From the NCBI GenBank assembly GCA_903813345.2, contig CAIIXF020000001.1, forward strand, positions 48,608,001 to 48,672,000: a stretch of 64,000 nucleotides of DNA, written 5' to 3'. The notes beneath the pieces were generated by a model, which searched no databases, was not told the DNA's origin, and saw only the letters and a program-made list of their open reading frames with translations. Origin of the DNA: Owenia fusiformis (lineage: Eukaryota). A program made the position numbers and the translations under genes. Shown in pieces: positions 12,360-24,400 of the stretch. How positions within the stretch are numbered: the stretch's first letter is position 1; the number at the start of each line of letters is the position of its first letter.

Positions 12360-15300
12360 ATGGGTTCAGGATTTTCCAATGAACAAGAAAAGACAAGGGC
12401 TAAAGCAAAAATAAAAGCTGTTGCGAAGCTGAACAAACACACAGCAGAGGAAACGTATCATAGTGCTAAAAAATCGGAACTACAGGAAATGATATGGCAA
12501 TCTAAAATGTGTAAAGATAACGTAGCTACAAATGATGACCAAAATAGTGATAATCACAAACGAATCCGACAACCATCTTTGCAAGGCCCTGAATTGCATA
12601 GAATCGATTCAGAACTAAGAATAATGGTACGTAAAATCATCTTGACCCATCATGAAGGTATTATATACGACTGAAGGAAAACACTGTTTTAACAGTATGA
12701 TTAAGATCATGAAACCTTGCAACAATAGATGTGTTATATATTGAATATAATCATGTGTTTTACCCAGTGCATGATTCTCAAATCATTTTATAATTTGTCA
12801 TATTTATCAGTGATCTATAGTTCACGTACACTATTTTGAGTTTTTACCCCTCTTAGCAGATAACATGTCAAGATGAAACATGTCAACCCCTTAAAGTAGT
12901 AATAGATCTATTAGAGAGGTTTCGCAAAACGAATAAGCTAAAACGTATCCGCATCCGTATCTCGTTACGTTTACGGATACGTATTTCGTTAATTTTCGTT
13001 TCGCAGTTCGTTTTTTGAAGTACGTAATTATAAACGCATCTCAATCCGTGTTTAATAGTAGTGAAAACTAGGGTCAAATAAAAGGCTTCATCTGCACTAA
13101 GATTTTAAAGCACCATTGGGAGTGTCAGCTTTCAGAATCACAACTCCAAAAGTATTTTTGGTGAGTGCAAAAATACATATTAACCCTTTCATCCCTAAGG
13201 TGTCATTTATTAATGGTTAATTAACATCAATTTCAAAATGAAGAATATCCTTTGGGCCAGAAAATATTATTTCTAGGTTCACAATAACAAATTCAATGTC
13301 AAATTATACTTTTGGGAATATTTAAGGGTTTAAAAACAGACGTGCAGTGACTGCATTATGCCACAAAATGCGTAAACATTTCTAAAATCACTTGCCATAC
13401 TGCACATGGACCTTTAATTTCATGTTTTTGCTGTATATTTTAGTAATAATTCAAGAACAAATAAGCAAAAAAAAAAGCGACGGAAACCATACGTTTTCAC
13501 ATAAGCCACCCCCCTTTCCTCATACATGTGCTTTAGTTGAAAACCCATGCCTCATATAAACTAAGGAGGGGAGTAACATAAAGTAACATATTTGATCATT
13601 GAAAGCGACACAAATATATCATTTATGCAATAAAAGTATGTTTTGTATGAGAAATCAACAACAAATACATTATGTAAAAAAATAAATTAGCATTGTTTTT
13701 CTTGAATTCATTGAACAACAGGGGACCAGCTCATCAGAGAACGCCGCGAAGCTAACGCCTACCATGCCAGTTGAATATCTCACCATCATAATACCCTATA
13801 TCCCCTTTGAGGTCTACACAGAATCAACTGATAAACCACCAACATAATACCCTAAACCGGCCATTTGTTTCTTAACCCAATAAACACCACAACCTGATCG
13901 GACACAGCCCACAACTCGACATATATAACCTTTTACAACCAAACACAACCTAGATCACCAATCATGCAACAGTACAATAGAACATAACCCAGTGTCAAAA
14001 TACACAGAACGCAATAGATCATAACCCAGCACCAAAGCCAGCATAGCGCAACCTGACTTACAACCACCAAAACACAACCAACTGTCAGATTAACACAATA
14101 TGTCACAACCCAATAATAAGACAACAAAGACAAACACACCCAATTGTTGAATTAACTCAACACAATTGTGCACAATCCAACATTAAACAATAAAAACACA
14201 ATTAGGCACAACCAATAAAACACAACTGAACTAACAACCATGAAACAACATCGAACTGTGAAATTATCACCACACAACTTGGCACAACCCAATGGTAAAC
14301 CAACAAAAGCAAACACAGCCCATTGTTCAAGTAACACAACACAATTTTTCAAAACCCAAAACCAAACAATCAAAACAAAATCAGACACAGGCAAAAAAAC
14401 ATTAAAATTGTGAAACCGAGATACACAACTAACTTAACCCAATTGGAGACAACGCCAATCACACAACACAATCAAACACAACAAGATACCTCACCCGACT
14501 AGCCACAACCAGCTAGCTAACCAACATAACATATCCACAAGAGAAAGCAACCCATTATAAGATTAACATAACACAATGGGATACAACCCAATACTCAATC
14601 ACCAGACTAACAACCATCAAAAGAGAACCGAGTCTCAAACGTACACAACACAATTCGGCAAAACCTATACCTACTTGACACTAGTCCACCATTACATAAC
14701 CAGGCTTAACCAAATACTCAATCGATTTACTCAACCCATTAAAACACAATCAGGCACAACCAATAAACCACAACGAAACGTTGATACCGACCCGATATCT
14801 ACTGAATATGTACTTGAATCACTAGTCTCCCTGGACCCCTAAACGAGGCCGCTTACTATTTGACATAGATCGCATGACTTGATGCGTGTTCAAGTCATAC
14901 CACGGGAAGAAGCTACCTGACTAGAATTTTTTCAAAATCATTCAGTTTTTCATCATGCTGAGCACTTTTCGGGAGTTTTAAGCCAAAAAGCTCCCCCTTG
15001 CCACAAGCTGGATACGGGCAAGAGTGATGCGGGGCGCCATCTTTAGACCCAATATCACATTCATTGTCGAGGTCAGGGCCAAGCTACTATATTCAAACTA
15101 AGCCCAAGACCCTGCTCTATATGAATTCGGAGCGTGACTTAGGCACAAAATATATATTCAGATGGCCTAGCTGCTAACGATTGGTTTGATGTCCCTAAGA
15201 AATTGACTACGGTATTACTATTGACCCCAGAAACGATAGACCCTACATCTGCCTATTAGCAAATGTGACTCAAGCTTTATTCGTAAAAATTGCAGGCTCC

Positions 15301-18081
15301 TCGCTTATAATCAAATTTATCGGCAGATAAGGCTATTACTTCATCAAAATTAGCACGATACACATGATAACATATGTGGGTTACTAAAATTATACATTTA
15401 GGGAAAGATTTATCAAGATTTGAAGGACAAAATTGATACGGAGACAACTACGCACAGAAAGCGTTAGTTTACGTACTTTCGGTATTGCTGTTGGTATCAC
15501 AAACGTATTGAATACACTTTTACTCCATCGATGCGTTACGGATTTTGATACGGGTAGCTAAAACGTTGTGCGAAACATGTACACTGTAATTATTGCAATA
15601 CCATTCCATACAGTGTAAAATGAATTGAACATACCATTTGAAAAACTCGATTTATTTCAAACAATAAACAAATTCATTCACCAAATTTTAGTCAAATTAT
15701 ACTCAGCACACTGTGCTTGTTCATATAGTGATACCTTTAGAACTAAAAACAATATAATCGAAGGGTAAAATCGGATACGTAAATGACCAACGTACAAAAG
15801 CCTCATTTTTCGTGTTTTCCGTATCATTTCACGTATAAATTGAACTGACTACGCATAATTCTGGAAAATACGTTACGGATACGGATCCGTGGAGCTAAAA
15901 AACGTTTTGCGAAACCTCTCTATTGTGTAACAGTGTTTACTGCTACATTTCCCCCAACCTATGGTCAAACCGAATTTTCATGTGTTATGTTTTTGCAGAC
16001 TCACCATGATGACAAATGTTTCTTATGCGATGAGTACATACAAAATGCTCACCTTGGATACCCCTGTAGAGTTTGTACAAGAATCTTTCACAAGGAATGC
16101 TTAGAGAAAAGTGGTCAATTGACATCGGGGGATTTACGTCTACTGACACTGGCCCATACAAATAACGGATGGAGCTGTTATGATTGTGTACGTAGTCTCA
16201 CCTTCATCGCCATTGTCATAAAGTATCTTATTTATTTATTTCGTGTTTGACTCTTCAATGTGAGATGATGTTAATTTCATTTTTAACTGTTTTCATGCTA
16301 CCCTTTCAGTCAAACATGTGTACTCTTCTCTTACCCGAGGAAGTGCGCATTATGGACATCCAGTTCAAGAAGTATGATATTAACAAAGGTAGGCAGTTTA
16401 GACGTGTCTGCTTCCACTAAAACATAGCTTTATCATAATGTAGTGAGTAGTCTGTCTATAGATTATGTAATTACTTCAGCTCTTCGGCTGATGATGCTGA
16501 GGCATACAGAGATAATCATTCACCCTGATCAAAAATATAGCAAGGTTCTACAATGTTGAACCCATGATCATATACTGATCAAATATCAGTAACACATAAT
16601 ATTCAAATTCATTGAGTTCCACAGCCCCATGAAGTTAGATATAATACCTCGTTTGTTTTGCAGATTGCAATATCAATATGGAGGAATTCGTAAACTTCAA
16701 GAAGCGACGTTATCGGGACGAGGAAGACGAAGAAATGACCGAAGATGATGTTAAGAGACAGGAAATTGAATTTAAATTGATGGATGTTGATGGAAGCGGG
16801 GAGCTCAACTGGTGGGAGTTTATGAACCACGAAGCATCCCGTTGCATTGCCAAGAGGAAGCCAGTACGTTTGTGCTGTTTTGTTAAAAGCGAATCTTTCA
16901 TTTCCTCATTCATTATTTGAAATGAAACTTCTATTTTGTTTGTGATACACGCAAAGAACGATGGCAGAAATGGGCCTTGGCTTGGGTGTAAAAAATGCTT
17001 AGTGTAAAATTAACCTAAAAGAAACCATGAGTGTTAGTACGTTGCTAGGTAAGTCAGATATTGCCGGCCATCTTTGATAATCGCCGTATCATATCTGTTT
17101 TTATCTAGGAAGATCTGGTGAAACTACTGACAACTAAAGAAATATCGGAAATCCAGTCTTTGTTTCGTAAATTCGACGTTAACAATGATAACGTGATACA
17201 CGAATTTGAAGCGAAAAAGGTGTTTAGGCAGTGGTACAGTCATTTTGATTCTGCTCAAACGAGATCCAGATCTATAAGGTATGAATGTAACAAAATTTGG
17301 TAATTTTCATATCATTTGTGAAATCCGAGATTCTCGTACAAAAACAACATAAAAATAAGATTGGGCTGAGGCTAAGTGTGTCTAAATAAACAATATATAC
17401 CTCGGTATTGTCACCCTATACACTCGTGCTTTAATTTTTAAAAATTCTTCACCTTCAGTTTGTCGGGTGGAATTCAAAGAGAAACAACCTCATTAGGATT
17501 ACATGTTGACCAGCAAACAAGTATTCTTATGGGTGGAGATCGAGATAATGACGGGTAGGTGTGAACATTGTTATCGAAGTATATCTCACTTATAAATCAA
17601 CATATTATAGGCCTACATATTCAAAAACTGGGTGATTTTGATTGTGAAAATGGATATCTGGCGGAAACGGTGTTTTTTATGCGTTTGGTCGCTCTGGTGT
17701 TGAGGCATGTTTACTGAAATGGCCGGTTGTGTTATTTTTCTCATTTGGCCATTCTGTATATAATATTTATCAATATGATTATGTTTTCATTTGCCAATAA
17801 TATTGTAGTCCTGTGAATGTAACATTAAATTACTTTCAACCTGGTTATTTCTTCCTCCGAACACATATCTTGGGAACTCCCCCATCATGTCACCTCCTGG
17901 AATAAGAAGTTATTCTAATAATGCGTTAGAGGATTGATCGTTTGATTTTTGATTTCCAATACTAATTTCGCTTTTTTCTTATTCTAGAGTGGTTACATAT
18001 GATGAATTTCTACTAGACCAGGCACTGTACAAGATCTGTAACAGAGTAAACAGGGGCAACATGAGCTTTCTCAAGAAATAA
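12360..18081 (+). CDS. PHF24: PHD-finger plus EF-hand protein, PHF24/GINIP-like, 7 coding exons
   Basis: Phase-compatible GT-AG exons: 12360-12626, 15999-16187, 16310-16388, 16664-16863, 17109-17278, 17459-17554, 17988-18081. Starts MGSGFS (possible myristoylation). PHD: CFLC..CRVCTRIFHKEC..WSCYDC. EF-hands: DINKDCNINMEE, DVDGSGELNWWE, DVNNDNVIHEFE, DRDNDGVVTYDE. AATAAA at 18251. Confidence 0.85.
12912..15922. mobile_element. 3.0-kb non-autonomous TIR element in PHF24 intron 1
   Basis: Perfect 20-bp inverted termini TAGAGAGGTTTCGCAAAACG. Subterminal TACGGATACG-type repeats at both ends. No transposase ORF. Confidence 0.75.
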
Positions 18082-18379
18082 GGAAGAATGGACTGTTGGA
18101 ACTTCATAAATTATTTGAATATGTAGCATATGCGATAACGGATAATAATGAGGGAAGCATTGAACGATAGCAAGTGGCCAGGAGTGAAGTGTTAAAATGG
18201 AAAAAGTGATTATGACAGTCTAAATTAATTTGTATTGTTCATTAATATTGAATAAAAGACTGATGCTTACGTGAAATCACAATATATTATACTTTTGAAA
18301 ATTACTTGCATACATTCAAATCAAAATATAACAACAATAAAATAATTAACACATAACAACAAATGGTATCAAAAACATG

Positions 18380-20356
18380 TCAAGAAAACATTGTACAGTA
18401 TCTATTTACAAAAGTGATATACGGATTTTTTAAGTTTCGTCCAAGTGCAATCAACTTTTCAGGCGTCAAGAACTTCCTAATCCGTTTCGCAAGTAACTTC
18501 TTCTTTGGCGATTATTTGTTTGTATTGAGTCTATTTCGTACTTCGCGCTTTGACTCCACTGTCCTGTAGGGAGTTCTTTCTGTTACACTAGCGGTATTGC
18601 TAATGTCAACAATGTCATTTGAAGTAGATTCTGCAGAGCGTACGTTTGCTAAAGGCATCAACGCAGAGATTCCGTGCTTTATTTTTGTCATAGAATTCAA
18701 ACGTTGGCGCCGCATGGTATTACATATCTTAGTATCGATGTCAAAGAAATCAACATCTGTCGGGGATTGTCTCAAAGGGCGAGTGCCCATTTTAATCTTG
18801 GGTGATTTGCAGACGCTTCTTGCTTTAATACAACCGGCTGTTATTGCACCACCGACGACGTCTTTTGTCGACCGTTCTGAGTATTCCTTATTCGTATGCT
18901 CAAGGGGCGATGGTTCCTGTACACGGTCACCTATGACAGTCTGTTCATCTTGTATTTGCGTTGATGGAGCCGCGTGGGAACAACCAACCCCTACAATCAA
19001 ATCAATGAAATAAATAAACATGATTTAATAAAGATATATTTTTAATTATTTTTTCCTTGCCCCGCTTGTCAACTTTTTCGGTTGTTCCAAATAATTCTAC
19101 GGTTCGCCATTCTTAGCTGATATTTGTTTGCGAAGAATTGGAAAATTAGAAACTATCTTAAGACTAGAATATTCGAAAAAGCTATGAACAATTACCTTTT
19201 AGATAATAAGTATGCAGCATTTCGTAGGACATCTAGTGTGAGTTTCAGAAGCGCCGACAAACAAGCTGACAAACGACCAAACAGACTGATAGGATCAGTA
19301 TTTGAGAGTTGACTCTGCATCAAACTATAATAAATGATAAATAAGATCACTGATCACATATGTTTAATATTACTGGTGGTTTCACTATCATTCTTAAATT
19401 CACCCTTGGTATACGCAGCTAACGAAAATTGACCGGTACGGGTCAAAAGCTGGACCGGTACGGGTTAACGGTTTTATTTGAATTTAAAACAGCCATATCT
19501 TGCTCAATATTGACTTCCTCGTGTCTAATTTGAAATATATGATGCCTCCCGATGCTTTTAAGTACCCCAATTTTTTACAGATTTTTAAACGGACCAAAAC
19601 TCTCTAAATGCGCATTTATGCTCTTTTCTCTCGAGAACGACTGTCTCATTTTAACGATAACTTTTATTTAGTACTTCGAACATATAAGATCTATTTTTCC
19701 CCATCAAGGTATGATGTAAATGACATGTTATTTACATCTTGTGAGTTTCAATGACGCGCGTTTGATTTTATAAAAAATGCCAAACTTTGTGACAAAGAAT
19801 TTCATCCTGCTTGCAGCGAGAAGACGGACCGGTTCGGGGCAATAGCATGAACATAATTTAGGAATCTTTATACATGTGTGTTACATCTGGCATTTTTTAT
19901 AAAATCAAACGCGAAGGAAGTCAATATTGAGCAAGTTATGGCTGTTTTAAATTCAAATAAAACCGTTAACCCGTACCGGTCCAGCTTTTGACCCGTACCG
20001 GTCAATTTTCGTTAGCTGCGTATACCAAGGGTGAAATTGTGACTCTTTCAACATAGATGGACGGACAATTTATCGTTGAAAGCCCATGCTCCCAACAACT
20101 TGGGGTTATAAAAACGTCCGGGAAAAATTATAGAAAGTAACTAAAAAAGAGGGAGAAAGAAAGAAACTGATGAAATACAAAAAATCTGAAGAGTTGTCTT
20201 GAGCTATGCTATAATTTAAATTTACCTCGCGATGGTATCAATCACATCCGATGACACAGTCTGTATCAACGTCATTATATCTTCAAGCATGACTAAACAG
20301 GTCTCAACGTATAACATCTTGGCTTTTCTATTATTATTGAGTTGTGATAAACACGT
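18380..20356 (-). pseudogene. Unidentified multi-exon gene or pseudogene convergent with PHF24
   Basis: Open exons with AG/GT borders at 20356-20226 and 19285-19196. An acceptor at 18990 leads into a ~160-codon ORF, but with a phase mismatch and an in-frame TAA at 18512-18514. Confidence 0.35.
19401..20033. mobile_element. Non-autonomous DNA transposon with CAC..GTG termini, ~117-bp TIRs and a 5-bp TSD (Transib-like signature)
   Basis: CACCCTTGGTATACGCAGCTAACG... is mirrored almost perfectly at 19915-20033. AAATT directly flanks both ends. Confidence 0.8.
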
Positions 20357-21401
20357 CTTTAAATAAATTGCATAGACTTCTTTATTTTGTTATGTTGCTG
20401 TGGTAAACAAGTCGTTATAGACAACCTTCATGCTGTCATAATGTGTGTACATGACGTCATAGTGAAATAATTTTTTCAAGCTCAAGGTTATGTCAATGCG
20501 ACTTAAATATATAATGACGTCACATGTGTGTCGTCGTGACAACATAACAGTTGTTTTCAGGTGGAACATTCTGAGTGTTCAGGCAGTAAATCAGGTCTTG
20601 CTAGAACGATGGACTTATATAATATATATACGCCCATGCTCACTGGTGATCCACTCGATTACGCTGGTTACCAAAACGAACCGTTTTGGTAACAAAATGT
20701 CGGGAAAATGTACATGTTTGCGAAAACAATAGCTCAGAAGACAACAGAATCGTCGATTTACTTCCTCACTTAAGTTACATTAACGGTTTTTCGAAAAACA
20801 GTTAAGATCTGCGCTTTTATTTTCAAAACACATGGAAAATGTACCTCTTATTATCACATTTATATCTGAGAAAAAACATCTTGAATATTAGAGTTACATG
20901 TAGTTAGTTAGTTAAATATTCATTTAGTCTCACGCTGCAAATTATATCACATTCAATAAATACAATTAAAATATAACATGTTTTGCACTAACATTGAGAA
21001 ATGATAAACCTGCAAACAGCCCAGCCGGCATCGGCTTATAAAAAACGCTTACCATCTATTTGTCACCATGATACCAATTGTTTTTGCTTAGTTGATACAT
21101 GTACGTTGTAATGAGGGGGTGCACATTATATTATATTTTGCCAACATTCATTTTTTGTTTCCGTTTGGCGGATTTGCCAGTATATTCAATAAAAGTGTTA
21201 AAGTGCTTACAGCTAGAATTGACTTCATTGATCCCGTATGGCACATGTAGTGTCACACGCATCCTAGAACTATATTTAATAATCAATACTATTTATAAGA
21301 ATATTAATTATATTTATATTAAGGTTGAAGCATTGTTTGTCTGGATTAAGATATTTCAAAAAAAAAATTGGGAAAGAACCTCAAACTGTGCGTGTGTCAC
21401 T

Positions 21402-24400
21402 ATGATTTGCATTTATTGCCGCCTACAGTCACGGCAAAGCCGGAACATAGAGAAGGCTTTGGGGCTCGAGTAAGTTCTTTGATTTGACTTCTAGATTGCT
21501 TAATAACATCAATAATCTCAGGCCCATTGACATTTACAATTAGGTTTATATAAAGTTTTAGTTCTGGAGGCTAACTGCCTTCTAAAATTCAAGTATGCGA
21601 CTTTCAACGTTTAATACCCGTGTAATATTCAGTCCGCAACACCGGAAGTGTGATAATATGTAACTTATTTTTGGAAAAAATAAAATTTGGAATTTGGAAC
21701 TGAATAATAAGAATAAATTCAAGCTTTATGTGGCATAATAGATTACTTTTATTGTAAAGAACATCATACTGTTTAGCTGGAAGCATTGATAAGCTTCATT
21801 AGAAGGACGATGGCTCTCAACAGATATTTGATGCGATGTCGTTCACTCCAGATTTCTTTGACAAAGATGCAAGCACCAAATCAGGCGATGTACAGCTCAA
21901 ACTCAAGTGGTATTTACTTATATTATATAGAAGTGACGTGAACTTTTTGTCTCATAAAGTGGAAAATTGTATATTTATCTCCCCATGGTGTAACCCTTCG
22001 ACACTGGGTGTCAAGAAATGTTTTAGATGAAAATCTTGAAAGACCTTTCAACCGATTGAATCTATTTTCGAAAAATTTCGACCTTCGAAAATGTTGTTGA
22101 AGGCTACAGTCTGTTCTGCTTCAAAGGCAAAAGCAGTTGAACCTGAAAAATAAGTAATTTAAAGACTATTCTCCCGGGGGTTCACTCCAAATAATTTGGG
22201 TAGGTATGTGCAGCACGGTCAATTTTGGCTTTGAGCATAAAACATGGAAATTGGCCAATCTGAGAGGAAAAAACATGGAAAATTGTCTTAGAAAGTACCC
22301 TTTTAAAGCCAAAATTCAGTTTTTCTACAGAAACCTTCTATCATGATAGGAAATTGCCATGGAAAAAATGCTCAAAAAGGGGGTCTTTGGGGCGGCACAT
22401 AGGTATTAAGAAGTATATTGGAGTGAACCCCCCGGGACTATTCTGCAATGATATTTTGAAAAACATATTCATATACTGTAGCACATGAATGACATTTTTA
22501 TATTTTGGATTGCTTGTAAATTGGCTTATAAAGTCTGTAACCTCTATATTTTGATGCTTCTCTGCCATCTTAATTTTGAAAAAATTAACATTGCGGATAG
22601 ACCTGAAATTACAAGAGGGCACATGCTTATCGCACTGAACACTAAATAATCTGAAATATGCAAATCTCTTTCATGTGCAATATGAATATAATTTTCTATA
22701 TATCATGACACAATAGTCTTTAGATTTCTTATTTTTCAGGTTCAACTACTTGTCTTTGAAGCAACAGACTGTAGGTATATTTATTTAATTTTTCATCATT
22801 GTTTGAGCTGGGGATGAAGTAACTTATGAGTAAACAGGTAACTTCCACGGAGTAGCTGCTGCACGAAAATGATCGGTCCTGATTCATTTGTCATTATGCG
22901 CATGCATTTCAAAAACGTACTTGACAAGATGGATGCCGAGCAGTGGAATTGCAGATACATAAATAAGTTTTTTGATGTTGAGTCCATTTTAGTGAAATTG
23001 TCATGGGTTCCAGAGACTTAACTCTATTTATTTAAAAACATTGTCAAACATTTATACTTTTGCAGGTCCTCCCGCATTTGATTGGCGTGATGCATTTAAT
23101 ATGGAAAGTCAACTGACAGAAGAAGAGATCTTGGTTCGAGACCAGTTCCGCACCTACTGCCAAGAACAACTTATGCCAAGAATTATTTTAGCCAATAGAA
23201 ATGAAGGTACATGATCTGTCAAGGTTGATTGTTATTTCCCCCAAAGTACGGTGCATGTACAATTGCTTGTTTGTTACAGTGACCCTTAGCATGCATTTGA
23301 CTTCTTAAAAGAGAACTTCATCGACATATTTGAAATAGACTCAGGTGCACTCACAGTATTTGATTGGATATACAAACATTGTTTTATTTGAATAATAAGA
23401 AAGTTAAGTTTTATCAGAATAGAAAAGAAAAACATTTGTGAATAGCTAGTCAGAAACATCCAAATTGAATGTTTAATGTGCATTTCCTTAAGTCTGCATA
23501 AGTGTTATCACTATACTATTGTATGGTATGGTAGTACATGAATATGTAATGTTGTTATTTAATGCCATATGTGCTGTATTATCTTGTAGTCTTTCATAAA
23601 GAAATAATGCCAGAAATGGGTGAGCTTGGTGTACTGGGGCCAACTATACAAGGCTATGGATGCGCTGGCGTATCTTCAGTAGCCTATGGTCTTATAACTA
23701 GGGAACTTGAGAGGTAAACTTTCTTTGTTGATTGGAAAAACTGTTATACTGTTTATGCTCCACTTATTTGATACTATTTAAAAGTAGATTACATTTGATG
23801 TTGTTTATCATGTGTACATGAAATAGAAAGAGACCTGTCAATTGGGAATTTACTACATAGAGCAACATCTCATTTGTAGAGGCTAAGATTTCTTGTGCCG
23901 TCTCTCATGTGTTCTGATCCTACTTTGTTGTTTTATATTTTAGGGTTGACAGCAGCTACAGGTCTGCTATGAGTGTACAATCATCGCTTGTCATGCACCC
24001 TATTAATGCTTACGGCACTGAAGAACAAAAACAAAAATATATACCAAGATTAGGTAAACAGATTTTCAAATTGTCGTGTTTTAAAATAGTCTAGATACAT
24101 AGTAAACATAGTAGGAGGATTGGCTCTCAGGGATGTCAATCGATATTCTGTTCCATATATGGGTATCATGTAGTCTTGTTATGAATACAAAATTCAATCA
24201 AGAACATCGGCCATTCTCCTTGCAGCCATAGAAATATACAGACAGGATCAGAAACTACCTCATCGATTGGGGATCAAAGAATATCGAGTTGGAACCCTTG
24301 CTTCCAATCCTCCTTGGTAAAATGATAACATGGATGTATGTTGTATGTATGTTGTATACAGTTTATCTTATCTATGTTTTTTAGCTAGAGGTGAGCTAAT

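Noticed and set aside
13933..14394. Cys/Val/Leu-rich minus-strand ORFs resembling membrane proteins
   Set aside because: Artefact of the GT-rich low-complexity strand.
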